Below are positions 40,901 to 50,890 of a stretch of DNA of 64,000 bases, piece after piece. Each line of letters opens with the position of its first letter. Position 1 is the first letter of the stretch. The notes beneath the pieces are model-generated. The model did not search any database. It was not told the DNA's origin and saw only the letters and a list, made by a program, of their open reading frames with translations. The translations under genes and the position numbers were made by a program. The stretch is from a virus (Duplodnaviria > Caudoviricetes): positions 22,156 through 86,155 of the IMG/VR virus record IMGVR_UViG_3300032312_002284; one strand, given 5' to 3'.

Positions 40901-41325
40901 TTTTTGTTGAAAGGTATTAAATGAAGACATTCATCTATTGTTTTATTTGTGGTATCAATATCTATAAAGTTTTCAGTAGGTTGTTCATACTCTTTAACAA
41001 AGTTTTGTTCTCTACCTCTAATTTCACTTGTATGAACATAGATTTCAACAACCTTATTTGTTTTCTTTAATGAGTCCCTCATTTCTTTGTAAGGAGCCAC
41101 AACAGAAATTACAACTGTAAATCCCTTGTGGTCTAAAAAACGAGCCAAATCAACAACAGATTGGATATTCTTAATTCTACCTTCAGGTGAATAATCAAAG
41201 TTTTGAAATAACTCCCTCAAACCATCTCCATCAACATTAATACAATTATCTGAACACTTTTCAATTAATGCATTTGCCAATGTTGTTTTTCCAGCACCTG
41301 GCTGACCTGTAAACCAATAAATCAT
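40897..41325 (-). CDS. cysC: Adenylylsulfate (APS) kinase
   Basis: IYWFTGQPGAGKTTLA, DGDGLR, RIKNIQ, VVISVVAPY..MR and YEQP. Confidence 0.85.
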   Translation of the reverse strand: MIYWFTGQPGAGKTTLANALIEKCSDNCINVDGDGLRELFQNFDYSPEGRIKNIQSVVDLARFLDHKGFTVVISVVAPYKEMRDSLKKTNKVVEIYVHTSEIRGREQNFVKEYEQPTENFIDIDTTNKTIDECLHLIPFNKK

Positions 41326-41331
41326 ATATTA

Positions 41332-41375
41332 TTTTTTAAAAAAATAATATATTAATTGTCTTGGTAAATAGAAAA
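41332..41375 (-). promoter_or_regulatory. Copy of the element found upstream of the GT9 gene
   Basis: Minus strand reads TTTTCTATTTACCAA-N12-ATTATTTTTTTAAAAAA. Confidence 0.6.
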
Positions 41376-41404
41376 ATATATTAATCAGTTTTTGATATTT
41401 GAAA

Positions 41405-42304
41405 TTACCAACAAGTAATTATAACTAATCCGTCACCTCCTCTTCCACCGGAGCCACCTGTAATTCCGGCACCACCACCTCCTCCACCACAACCTCGACC
41501 TGCATTCCCTCCTCTTCCACCTGATTGACCTGCAGTATTATTACTACCACCACCTGTTCCTCCTAATGAAATAAATGGTTTTAAAAGGAGTTGTCCGTCA
41601 ATTCCGTTACCACCACCTGCAGTACCCCCTGAAACGCTAGGGACAAATCCTGCACCAATGATACCACCTCCTACTCCGGTGGTATTACCTGTGGTTATTC
41701 CTGCCCCACCTCTACCTTCGCCAAGTATAGATGAACCTGTTCCATATATACCGTTTAAAGCGGTCCCTGATGCATTACCATTACCACCTGAAACTCCATC
41801 TCTTGTTGTTAGTATACCTAAAGACCCAATAGTGTAATTGCGTGTTGTTAAAGACCCTCCTCCTCCTCCAAATCCGCCATTTCCTCCTACGGAGCCAGTT
41901 CCAGGTTGACCACCACCTGCACCATTAGCAGATATCACTCTTGTTGATACTGTACCTGATAAAGTATTATTTAGTCGTAATATCGTATCAATAAATGTGG
42001 TACCACCAGCGTTACCAATTCCATTTGCGGCCCCACCGGAACCACCTGAACCAATATTGATAAATAATGCATCTCCAACATATTGTCTTTGAATCATTAT
42101 TCTTGATACTTCAGATGTTCCACCTCCACCTCCACCTCCACCTTGTACTCCTGAGGCTCTTGTAAAACCACCTCCACCTCCACCTCCACCACCTATTGCA
42201 ATAATCAACAATGAACTGACACCTATAGGTATATTATATTGACCACTTGCATAAAATATTTGTGTTCTTTGACTATTGTCGGCTAAACCGTATATAAAAT
42301 CCAT
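41405..42304 (-). CDS. Glycine-rich domain protein (tail-associated type), paralogue 3
   Basis: IAIGGGGGGGGG...GRGGDGLVIITCW. Confidence 0.7.
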   Translation of the reverse strand: MDFIYGLADNSQRTQIFYASGQYNIPIGVSSLLIIAIGGGGGGGGGFTRASGVQGGGGGGGGTSEVSRIMIQRQYVGDALFINIGSGGSGGAANGIGNAGGTTFIDTILRLNNTLSGTVSTRVISANGAGGGQPGTGSVGGNGGFGGGGGSLTTRNYTIGSLGILTTRDGVSGGNGNASGTALNGIYGTGSSILGEGRGGAGITTGNTTGVGGGIIGAGFVPSVSGGTAGGGNGIDGQLLLKPFISLGGTGGGSNNTAGQSGGRGGNAGRGCGGGGGGAGITGGSGGRGGDGLVIITCW

Positions 42305-42316
42305 AATTAATTATTT

Positions 42317-43201
42317 TTACCAACATTGTATTATTACCAAACCATCACCACCTCTACCTCCTACTCCTCCAACACCTGTTGGGGACGTTCCGGCTCCACC
42401 ACCACCACCTCCAGAACCTATTGCACCATTACCACCTCTTCCACCAGAATTTGGAGTATTTCCTCCACCTCCACCACCGCTTCCACCTAAAGAGTAAAAT
42501 GGTGTAATGGAAAATAGTCCGGCATTTCCATTTATTAATGAACCAAAAGTTCCGCCTGCAACTGTTGGTACAAATCCTGAACCTACTACTGGAGCTCCAA
42601 GTGTCGGACTAGTAGTTCCTCCAAACATTCCTCCACCACCTCCACCACCACTAACTGGTAAACCTAATATACCATAAGCAACTCCTGGAGTCGCGTTTGT
42701 AAAAGAACCATTACCACCTAATTGCCCTGAAGCTATAGACCAAAGACCTAATTGTGAATATATTGAGTTAGCCACCGACGCTGCAACACCACCCGCCCCA
42801 CCATTTGCTCCAACAGCACCTGTTCCGCCTGAAGCCACCAAAAGAAATGTTTGAATAACTTGATTATTTGGTCCTTGCATGTCGACATATGTATTACCTC
42901 CGTTACCACCTGAACCACCACCTGAAGCCCCACCTGAACCACCAACACCAATATTAATTACAAGTGTATCTGTTATACATATTGTTGGAATAATTATTCT
43001 TGTTAGAGCACCTGAACCTCCACCTCCACCTCCTGACCTTCCGTTAGCCGAAGTGTTAGTTGCACCTCCCGCTCCACCACCTCCCGCACCTATTGCCATT
43101 ATTGATATCATATTAATACCTTGTGGTATTGTCCACGAAGTTGAATTATAAAATACGTTTGTTTTGTAATTTGTGTCAGCTAAATTATATACGTAACTCA
43201 T
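42317..43201 (-). CDS. Glycine-rich domain protein, paralogue 2
   Basis: MAIGAGGGGAGG...GRGGDGLVIIQCW. Confidence 0.7.
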   Translation of the reverse strand: MSYVYNLADTNYKTNVFYNSTSWTIPQGINMISIMAIGAGGGGAGGATNTSANGRSGGGGGGSGALTRIIIPTICITDTLVINIGVGGSGGASGGGSGGNGGNTYVDMQGPNNQVIQTFLLVASGGTGAVGANGGAGGVAASVANSIYSQLGLWSIASGQLGGNGSFTNATPGVAYGILGLPVSGGGGGGGMFGGTTSPTLGAPVVGSGFVPTVAGGTFGSLINGNAGLFSITPFYSLGGSGGGGGGNTPNSGGRGGNGAIGSGGGGGGAGTSPTGVGGVGGRGGDGLVIIQCW

Positions 43202-43213
43202 ATAAAAAAATTA

Positions 43214-44077
43214 TTACCAGCAAGTTATTATGACCATACTTCGTCCTCCATTTCCTCCGGCTCCGCCTGTTAGTCCCGCACCTCCACCACCGCCTCCAGA
43301 ACCTATTTCACCATCACCACCTTTAAACCCAGTAAGTCCAAAATTAGCGTTTCCACCACCTCCACCTAATGAATAAAAGGGGCTCATATTAAAACGACCA
43401 TTAGTTCCAGCTAATACTGTAGGAACATTACCTGAACCAAGTATATTACTTCCAGCACCATTTACGTTTGCTGCACTTTTACCGCCACCACCTCCACCTT
43501 CTGTAAGTGGAATACCTTCAAATCCGTTGTATACAGTATTAGAAGCACTTCCAGTACTACCTCCGAATTGACCTCGAATACCATTTGACGTTGAAAAGTT
43601 TCCTAATGTTGAATAAAGGGAAGTGGCCGCTCCACCCCCATTACCTCCAGTTCTGTTTGCAAGTCCTGGCGAACCTCCTATTATAGATATTAACTGAGTT
43701 TGTGTAACACCCGTAGAACCTCTCGCACATATAACATAAGTGGGTCCCCCACTATTACCATTACTTGCGGCAGCACCTCCAAGACCTCCACTCCCACATA
43801 TAACTGTAAGCTCATCGGTTATAAAGATTGAAGGGATTACTAATCTTGCAGGTGCTGACGAACCTCCACCACCACCTCCATTCGCAGCAACTCCATTACT
43901 TGCGGAACCTCCTCCAGCCCCTCCTCCTCCAGCACCAATTGCGGTAATCTGTACCATACTGATACCTCTTGGTTTAACCCAATAATATATTGTCACATCA
44001 ACGCTGGTACCAATACCCCCATAAAATATTTGGGTACGGTCAGAATTATTTGGTAAATTATATAAATCTAAACTCAT
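43214..44077 (-). CDS. Glycine-rich domain protein, paralogue 1
   Basis: TAIGAGGGGAGG...GGRSMVIITCW. Confidence 0.7.
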   Translation of the reverse strand: MSLDLYNLPNNSDRTQIFYGGIGTSVDVTIYYWVKPRGISMVQITAIGAGGGGAGGGSASNGVAANGGGGGGSSAPARLVIPSIFITDELTVICGSGGLGGAAASNGNSGGPTYVICARGSTGVTQTQLISIIGGSPGLANRTGGNGGGAATSLYSTLGNFSTSNGIRGQFGGSTGSASNTVYNGFEGIPLTEGGGGGGKSAANVNGAGSNILGSGNVPTVLAGTNGRFNMSPFYSLGGGGGNANFGLTGFKGGDGEIGSGGGGGGAGLTGGAGGNGGRSMVIITCW

Positions 44078-44080
44078 ATT

Positions 44081-44248
44081 TTATTCAGCCCAAGATGGTG
44101 TTTCAACAGAGATACACTCGTATCCACATTCATTAAGTATTAATACATTACCGTCTAAATCGGTAAGTACTGGTTCCCCATTTCCTGTTATTAAATAACC
44201 ATATTCAACAGGTGAACCAATAGTAAATCTAATTTTATTGTACATCAT
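44081..44248 (-). CDS. 55-aa hypothetical protein (not in the track)
   Basis: MMYNKIRFTIGSPVEYGY...PSWAE. TAATG coupling to the upstream gene. Confidence 0.55.
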   Translation of the reverse strand: MMYNKIRFTIGSPVEYGYLITGNGEPVLTDLDGNVLILNECGYECISVETPSWAE

Positions 44249-44679
44249 TAGTAATCTCCTCCTATAACAGTTGCTTGTATGAATGTACCTGCGGTTGGTG
44301 CAGTACCTAATGTTACGTATATTCCGTAGTTTGGTGGTATTGCAAAGTTTAATGGTAATTCATAGTTTATTGCTGCAGTCGTGGAACTTGTTGTATTTGC
44401 GGCTAGTGTGATTTCATCAAATAAGGTACTGTTAGTAGCAGCACTTACCGCACTACCGTTATTTATCCAAACCCTTGCAACGGTTTGGTTAGCGTTTGCA
44501 GTTGCCGTGTTTGGTAGATGCCTAAATCTTATTTTTTGAAGATAACTTCCATTAGTCCCTCCGGTAAATACCAAATATGAAGTACTACCTGAAACGTGTC
44601 CTGTGTTTGCGGCATTCATTACTGTTGTAAACTCAACGGCTCCTATGATTGAAAATATAGGTGTTGTATTTGCTGGCAT
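44248..44679 (-). CDS. Small beta-rich structural protein
   Basis: MPANTTPIF...IQATVIGGDY, within the fibre operon. Confidence 0.55.
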   Translation of the reverse strand: MPANTTPIFSIIGAVEFTTVMNAANTGHVSGSTSYLVFTGGTNGSYLQKIRFRHLPNTATANANQTVARVWINNGSAVSAATNSTLFDEITLAANTTSSTTAAINYELPLNFAIPPNYGIYVTLGTAPTAGTFIQATVIGGDY

Positions 44680-44708
44680 GTTTTATTTATTTTTTTTAAT
44701 TTATTGTT

Positions 44709-46922
44709 TTATAAAAAGTTAAAGTTATTCGCGGTAGTGTAAACAGTTCCTATACTAGCTCCTCCTCCCGCAATACCTACATAAGTAGTTGCCGATATTG
44801 AACCTGTTATTATGTTATTAGTGTATAACGTACAATTGGCGGTTCCATTTAATCCACAACCCATTGCGAATGAATATAATCCTGAAACAGTATTACCACT
44901 ACCACCTAATATACCTGAATTTTTACCAGATACTCTGTTAAGTGTTCCTCCACCTATAAACGAATAATAAGCAGACGCGGTATTATTAGCTCCTCCGACA
45001 ACATTTGCATAATAATTACTTGCGGTATTACAAATCCCCCCGACAACAACTGTATTTCTACAACTTGCTAGGTTACCATTACCTGCTCCTATGAATGAAC
45101 GACAAAAACATGAAAGGTTATTAAATCCACCAACTACTACTGATTGACCACCAGTTGCTCTGTTAGTTTGACCTCCACCAACAAATGAAGTTGAGCCACT
45201 TGCAGTATTTAGTCGTCCTCCTACAACAGATGAGTAACTATTACTTGCAGTATTTAGTCGTCCTCCACCAATAAAAGAATATAACCCTGAATTTGTATTA
45301 CCTGAACCACCAGTTATTGTTGTTGCAGATATAGTTGTCGCAGATATAGTTGTTGATATAATATTATTAGTGTAAAGTGTACAATTTCTAATTGCGTTAA
45401 GACCACAACCTATTGCTGCCGAAAAATCAGCTGTTACAGTGTTACCTGACCCACCTCCAATAAATGAATGTTGACCTGATACTCTATTTAAAACCCCACC
45501 TGCAACACTTGAATAATTACCATTAACTCTATTACAAAAACCACCACCAATTACAGAATAATTAGTAAATCCTGAAATAATATTACATGTTCCTGCACCA
45601 ATGAAACTATACATTGCGGATAATACATTTGATGCTCCTCCCCCAATCACAGAATATTGTGAATAAGAAGGTGCAAAACAAATTTTATTGTTAAATCCTC
45701 CGACTATCGCGGAATAATCCGCTGAACCATCTGCAGAATTTTGACTCCCACCAACAATTACTACATAATCACCGTATGTGGAATTTGTACATCCACCTCC
45801 AATAAAACTATAACCAGCTCCATAATACGCTGAGTTGGTTGAATTCGCAGTTCCTCCAACAATAACATCTCCGCTAGTATATCCAGCACCACCTAAAAAA
45901 GAGCAATTTGATTGACCTCCACCAATAAATGAAGATTGACTATATATTTTGTTAGAAAATCCGCCAGCGATGGTTGACCTGGCGGCAGACTCTACGCAAT
46001 TACCATATCCTCCACTTACGGTTGACCTGTAACCACTTGCAGTATTACCACATCCACCACCTACGGTTGTGTAACTATTAGTCGCATTATTCAATCTACC
46101 CCCTCCAATAACACTGTATATACCTGTCGCAGAATTTGATTGACCTCCTCCAACAAATGAATAAGTTCCTGAATTGGTATTTCCTGAGCCTCCTGTGATT
46201 CTTCTTATTGTTGCAGTTGTTGCCGATATTGTATTAGCAGTTAAACCTGATATAAACCTAGTTGCTCCTGATACAGTTCCTCCTGTAAAAGTACCTCCTG
46301 TACTTCCTGTAAAGTTAACTCCAAAATTAGGATAAGCACTTACTATTTGTATATTTGTCCCACCTGTTATTGTAACAGTTTGGTCAGGACTAGAATTAGT
46401 AATTGTAAAGTTTGGATAAGTTCCGCCCGTTATAATTCCGGTACCTCCCGATATTGTCACGGTTTGGTCGGGAGCCGTATTTGTAATTGTTACTGTACCA
46501 TTAATTGTAGATGCGGTTATTCCTGTTCCATTAGTGACTGCACTAACAGGTAAATTATAATATGTTGTTGCGGATAGTGTATTTGCGGTTAAACCACTTT
46601 GAAATATTGTTCCTCCTGTTACGGTTCCACCGCTTAATGGTAAATAAAATCCTACAACATTTTGTTGTGGATACCCACTAAAGGTAAGTTTATCACCACC
46701 ATCTATAATAGTGATATTAACACCACTAAAACTTTTTAATGCAATGTTTCCACCTGTAACACCTGATATATCTGAAACACCATTACCAACAGTATAAGCA
46801 CTTGTTATATAACTTGTTAGAGCAGAATATACTTCCCAGTACGTTCCGTTCCACTCCCACGTTTTATTATCGTAGGTATAAAGTTGATTTGGTGATGGAC
46901 TATTTGGAAAATTAATTGGCAT
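44709..46922 (-). CDS. Gly/Cys-repeat tail fibre/adhesin-like protein
   Basis: N-terminal MPINFPNSPSPNQLYTYDNKTWEWNG fibre motif. The SFIGGG repeats share DNA homology with 4050..8648. Confidence 0.7.
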   Translation of the reverse strand: MPINFPNSPSPNQLYTYDNKTWEWNGTYWEVYSALTSYITSAYTVGNGVSDISGVTGGNIALKSFSGVNITIIDGGDKLTFSGYPQQNVVGFYLPLSGGTVTGGTIFQSGLTANTLSATTYYNLPVSAVTNGTGITASTINGTVTITNTAPDQTVTISGGTGIITGGTYPNFTITNSSPDQTVTITGGTNIQIVSAYPNFGVNFTGSTGGTFTGGTVSGATRFISGLTANTISATTATIRRITGGSGNTNSGTYSFVGGGQSNSATGIYSVIGGGRLNNATNSYTTVGGGCGNTASGYRSTVSGGYGNCVESAARSTIAGGFSNKIYSQSSFIGGGQSNCSFLGGAGYTSGDVIVGGTANSTNSAYYGAGYSFIGGGCTNSTYGDYVVIVGGSQNSADGSADYSAIVGGFNNKICFAPSYSQYSVIGGGASNVLSAMYSFIGAGTCNIISGFTNYSVIGGGFCNRVNGNYSSVAGGVLNRVSGQHSFIGGGSGNTVTADFSAAIGCGLNAIRNCTLYTNNIISTTISATTISATTITGGSGNTNSGLYSFIGGGRLNTASNSYSSVVGGRLNTASGSTSFVGGGQTNRATGGQSVVVGGFNNLSCFCRSFIGAGNGNLASCRNTVVVGGICNTASNYYANVVGGANNTASAYYSFIGGGTLNRVSGKNSGILGGSGNTVSGLYSFAMGCGLNGTANCTLYTNNIITGSISATTYVGIAGGGASIGTVYTTANNFNFL

Positions 46923-48148
46923 TATAAATAATATAATAAATTAATTGCTCCCCTTAATTTAGGGTCTGCGGTTAATGGTGTTATACAAATCCACATTTCA
47001 TCTCTTGTTCCATTTACATTTGTACCAACTCTTATTTGATTATCACTTGTACCGAAATCAATTGCCGTTGACGTACTTAAATCGGCGATGATTGAATTTA
47101 ATATATAACCTGAATTAGATACTGTTAATGTCCCGTCCTGTAAAGAATATTCAAACGGAGAATTTGTCGTACCTGACCAAGTTGGAGTTGAGGATAGAAT
47201 AGGGTTAAACTCAACGGTAATTAAAAATATATCGTTAGTTACACCAACAATATTTGAACTTACCAATTCGGAAACTACGGAACCATAGCCTGGCCTCAAT
47301 CTAAATCCAATGTATGGGTACTTTGTTCCGTTAGGTGTTGCAGGAGTATTAAGAGTAATTTGTGAGGAATGGGCAATACCAACAGTACTATATAAACCAT
47401 TTAAAGCGCCTTCAGTAGAAACCTGACTACATATCATATCAAAACTACCCGAACCTGCCCCAACTTGTCTTATCTCATATCTTATAGGCTGGTTTGGTGA
47501 TGACATATAAACCGAACTATCATTATTTGCACAATTATGTTCGGTAAAATAAATTGTTTGTCCTGATAAAATAAGTCCAAATCTCATTCTTCCAACACCT
47601 AACCATTGGTAATCAACCAACATTAATTGAGAGTTAGACCAATTAAAATTTGAAGGGTTAAACTCATTTGTTTTCCAAGTTGTGGTTGATGCGCTAAATA
47701 TTGTTGTGCCTGACCTCCATAGTTGGAAACTTATTGTATTTGATATCCCGTTGCTCTCCAAGAAGAACCCGTCAAAAACTGAATTATAAGTTGATGCGGT
47801 TGTTGTAGTAAAACATCCCACTCTTTTTATTACATTTGTCTCCAATTGAAAATTTGAAAAGCTTCCCTCAAATAACTGACTCTTACCAGGTTGATATATT
47901 GGGTGTGTTTTTGATTGCCTAATTACCAAATCATTATTTGCTGAAGTTGACATTCTAACTCTGGCATATTCCTGACTAAAAATAGATGTTGCAGTTCCTG
48001 CGGTTACTTCATTAATTTGCAATGGATTTTTGTCGTAAACATGTTTAATATCCAATAGATTAGTTACTGCTGCAACTCTCAATCTACCGAACGCATCTAT
48101 GTTTGGACTATCAGAGTATTTTACCGCATTATTATATATAAAACTCAT
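46922..48148 (-). CDS. Putative structural protein
   Basis: DAFGRLRV...YQPGKSQL, beta-rich. Likely start MSFIYNN. Confidence 0.5.
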   Translation of the reverse strand: MSFIYNNAVKYSDSPNIDAFGRLRVAAVTNLLDIKHVYDKNPLQINEVTAGTATSIFSQEYARVRMSTSANNDLVIRQSKTHPIYQPGKSQLFEGSFSNFQLETNVIKRVGCFTTTTASTYNSVFDGFFLESNGISNTISFQLWRSGTTIFSASTTTWKTNEFNPSNFNWSNSQLMLVDYQWLGVGRMRFGLILSGQTIYFTEHNCANNDSSVYMSSPNQPIRYEIRQVGAGSGSFDMICSQVSTEGALNGLYSTVGIAHSSQITLNTPATPNGTKYPYIGFRLRPGYGSVVSELVSSNIVGVTNDIFLITVEFNPILSSTPTWSGTTNSPFEYSLQDGTLTVSNSGYILNSIIADLSTSTAIDFGTSDNQIRVGTNVNGTRDEMWICITPLTADPKLRGAINLLYYL

Positions 48149-49119
48149 ATTAAATACCAATTTCCACCCCTAACCATACAAGTTAAGGACATATAGTTTA
48201 TGTTCATATCAATGTAATTATTGTTATCAATTGTTCCTGATGAAGGTGTTATTCTTATTCTATAAGTACCACAAATCCCAGATTCATCTTTTATTATTAA
48301 ATAGTAACCCTCTTTACCAACCACTGACGGTAATACTAAATCAATATTACTATTACCACTTATACCCCAATATGTTTTATCCCAAGTTAAAGTTTGTCCT
48401 GTAGTAATTCCTGTTGTAGTATAATATCCCGCATCGGGTGATAACGGACCTGGTACCGAGAATGGTTGAATCCATTGTTGGGAGTCCCCATCATCAATCC
48501 AAACCAATTCAACACCTGTATTTGTATTAAACCACCTATCACCACTTATAATAGTTCCTGTAGGTGTTGATGCGGATACGAAGTAATCTAACCCTCCACT
48601 TGAAGACCCAGTATATGAAATTGTGTAATTACCATTTGAATTTGATATACCAATTCCAGTTCCACTTGTTAAACCACTTACTGGTAAATTAAAATAAGTT
48701 GTTGCGGATATTGTGTTGGCAGTTAACCCACTTTGGAATATTGTTCCACCTGTTACAGTTCCACCACTTAATGGGAGATAATCTCCTGAAGTTGAACCTG
48801 TAAACACAATAGTTACCGCACCTGTTGAAGAATTTGCAGATAAACCATTACCTACTGTAATACTTGTAACACCTGATGACGGAGAGGCTCCCGATATAGG
48901 ACCCCAATAAGCATAACCTGTCCCATCTGTTAATAATGCATAACCAGGTTGTTCGGTTCCATTTAAATATGTAAAACCACTATTAACTGTTAACCCTGAA
49001 GAAAATATTGGATTAACAGGAATTGCTCCACCTATTCTATAAACAATACCTGTTGATAAGTCAGATTGTAAGACGTAATTATAAGAATCTTTAATTAATT
49101 GGTCTTTAATATCGGCCAT
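48145..49119 (-). CDS. Tail fibre-like protein
   Basis: YLPLSGGTVTGGT repeats shared with the neighbouring gene, and GDRWFNTNTGVELVWIDDG. Confidence 0.55.
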   Translation of the reverse strand: MADIKDQLIKDSYNYVLQSDLSTGIVYRIGGAIPVNPIFSSGLTVNSGFTYLNGTEQPGYALLTDGTGYAYWGPISGASPSSGVTSITVGNGLSANSSTGAVTIVFTGSTSGDYLPLSGGTVTGGTIFQSGLTANTISATTYFNLPVSGLTSGTGIGISNSNGNYTISYTGSSSGGLDYFVSASTPTGTIISGDRWFNTNTGVELVWIDDGDSQQWIQPFSVPGPLSPDAGYYTTTGITTGQTLTWDKTYWGISGNSNIDLVLPSVVGKEGYYLIIKDESGICGTYRIRITPSSGTIDNNNYIDMNINYMSLTCMVRGGNWYLI

Positions 49120-49157
49120 GCTTTAATTTTACAAATTTTAAGTTATTTATAAATAGT

Positions 49158-49499
49158 ATGGCAAGTGTTTGTTATAAATGGAGTGACGCACCTTTTGCGT
49201 GGATGGAGACACCTTTTACTTGGGCTGAAGGGTGTATTATTGCCAAAATTGTTGAAAATATTGGTGCTGGTGGTATGCAATCCATCAGGAGATTCAGAGA
49301 AAAAATTAAAGAATTAACAAAAGAAGAAAAAGAAGTTCTAATAAAACTTTTCGTAAGATTAGAAGTTGATGAGATAGAAATTGAAAAAAAAGTTAATAAA
49401 AATAAAAACACAAAAGTTAAAATAAAACTTAAAGATATCGAAGTTGCAATGGCTCAGGAAAAATTTATAAAAGTCAATGTTAAAATTAATGAAGATTGA
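49158..49499 (+). CDS. Hypothetical protein
   Basis: 113 aa, after the palindromic TATTTATAAATA. Confidence 0.55.
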   Translation: MASVCYKWSDAPFAWMETPFTWAEGCIIAKIVENIGAGGMQSIRRFREKIKELTKEEKEVLIKLFVRLEVDEIEIEKKVNKNKNTKVKIKLKDIEVAMAQEKFIKVNVKINED

Positions 49500-49513
49500 T
49501 ATATTTATAGGAT

Positions 49514-49975
49514 ATGGGATACAATTTATACACAGACAAACCAAATAAATTCAATTGTAATATTGAAATTGAAGGTACTTCCTTATCTAAATCTAAAGTT
49601 AGATTAGTTGTTGAGACAGATGATATGTCATACATGTTTAATGGTAGTATTGAAAACAACGGAGTTTGTGAAGTTAATATCCCAAAGACAAAATACTTTT
49701 TACCTGAAGGTACAAAAGGTAATATGAGACTTGAAGTTATTGCTGACGATGTTTATTTTGAACCATGGTCATCAGACTTCAACGTTAAAACAAACAAAAA
49801 AGTGAATGTTACGGTTTCAGAACAAGTTGAAGAAAAACCAAAATTAAAAGTTCAAGTATTTGAACAAGAAGACGAAAAAAATGTTAAACCCGTTGTTGAG
49901 ACAAAACAACCTGTTAAGAAATTCAAAAAACAGTTAACAAAAGAGGACCTTCTTAAAAAATTGATGTCACTTTAA
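49514..49975 (+). CDS. Hypothetical protein
   Basis: 153 aa, with TATTTATA upstream. Confidence 0.55.
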   Translation: MGYNLYTDKPNKFNCNIEIEGTSLSKSKVRLVVETDDMSYMFNGSIENNGVCEVNIPKTKYFLPEGTKGNMRLEVIADDVYFEPWSSDFNVKTNKKVNVTVSEQVEEKPKLKVQVFEQEDEKNVKPVVETKQPVKKFKKQLTKEDLLKKLMSL

Positions 49976-50025
49976 TTCTAAAGTTGATATTTCTACCGTT
50001 TAGTATTATTTTTAAATAAAAAATT

Positions 50026-50865
50026 ATGCTGTCATACATTGGTGGAAAGTCAAAGATTGGTAAATGGATTGTTCCTTACTACCCAAAAGAAATGGAAACA
50101 TACGTTGAAACATTTGGAGGAATGTTTTGGTGTTTCTTTAACATGGATTTAAAAAATTATCCAAATCTAAAACGAGTTGTTTATAATGACTTCAATCCAT
50201 TAAACTATAACTTGTTTATGTGTTTACAAAATCCTGACGTTTTGTTGTCGGTGGTTAATAGTATTCCATGTCAAGAAAAAGGAGTTGAGGACACGCCACC
50301 AATTTATAAAGAACAATTTAAGGAATTTCAAGAAGAATTATTCTCGGATGGTTTTACAATAAACTATCCTGATTATGATGTTGCGGCTAAATATGCTTAT
50401 GTTCTTACTCAAGTATTTAGTGGGTCTAAACCTGAAACAAGTTCATTTATTGATTTAAAAGGTAAATACAAGTCAAAATATCTTACATTTAGAGATAAGT
50501 TATCTAAACCTGAATGGGTTGAACATTTTAATAAAATAAGTCATTTCAGATTAGGTGACTTTGAAAATGTTATTAAAGAATTCGATAGTCCTACTACATA
50601 TTTTTATCTTGACCCTCCATATTGGAAAACTGAAAATTATTACTCAAACCATGATTTTGATAGAGATGACCATGAGCGTCTTGCAAATTCTTTAAAAAAT
50701 ATACAAGGAAAATTCTCACTATCATATTATGATTTTGAACTATTACACACTTGGTTTCCTGAGAGTCAATATAAATGGGAGAAAAAAGAATTTGCTAAAG
50801 CAGCTGCTGCCAAAAAAGGAAAATCACAAAATATGGGTGAGGAATTGTTAATTATGAATTATTGA
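50026..50865 (+). CDS. dam: Dam-like (D12 class) N6-adenine DNA methyltransferase
   Basis: YIGGKSK, ETFGG (atypical motif I), VYND, YLDPPY and ELLIMNY. Confidence 0.8.
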   Translation: MLSYIGGKSKIGKWIVPYYPKEMETYVETFGGMFWCFFNMDLKNYPNLKRVVYNDFNPLNYNLFMCLQNPDVLLSVVNSIPCQEKGVEDTPPIYKEQFKEFQEELFSDGFTINYPDYDVAAKYAYVLTQVFSGSKPETSSFIDLKGKYKSKYLTFRDKLSKPEWVEHFNKISHFRLGDFENVIKEFDSPTTYFYLDPPYWKTENYYSNHDFDRDDHERLANSLKNIQGKFSLSYYDFELLHTWFPESQYKWEKKEFAKAAAAKKGKSQNMGEELLIMNY

Positions 50866-50890
50866 TATATTTATTGTAAAAACTTAAAAG

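Noticed and set aside
40897-41325. cysC as a plain sulfur-assimilation auxiliary metabolic gene
   Set aside because: Not excluded, but no PAPS or sulfite reductase is in the window, while a sulfotransferase with a shared upstream element is.
41405-44077. Mycobacterial PE-PGRS or collagen-like proteins
   Set aside because: There is no PE domain or Gly-X-Y periodicity, and the context and termini fit phage tail-associated Gly-rich domains.
6470-45720. Diversity-generating retroelement (TR/VR pair) between fibre genes
   Set aside because: Mismatches between the homologous segments are mainly synonymous and not adenine-specific, and no reverse transcriptase is present in the window.
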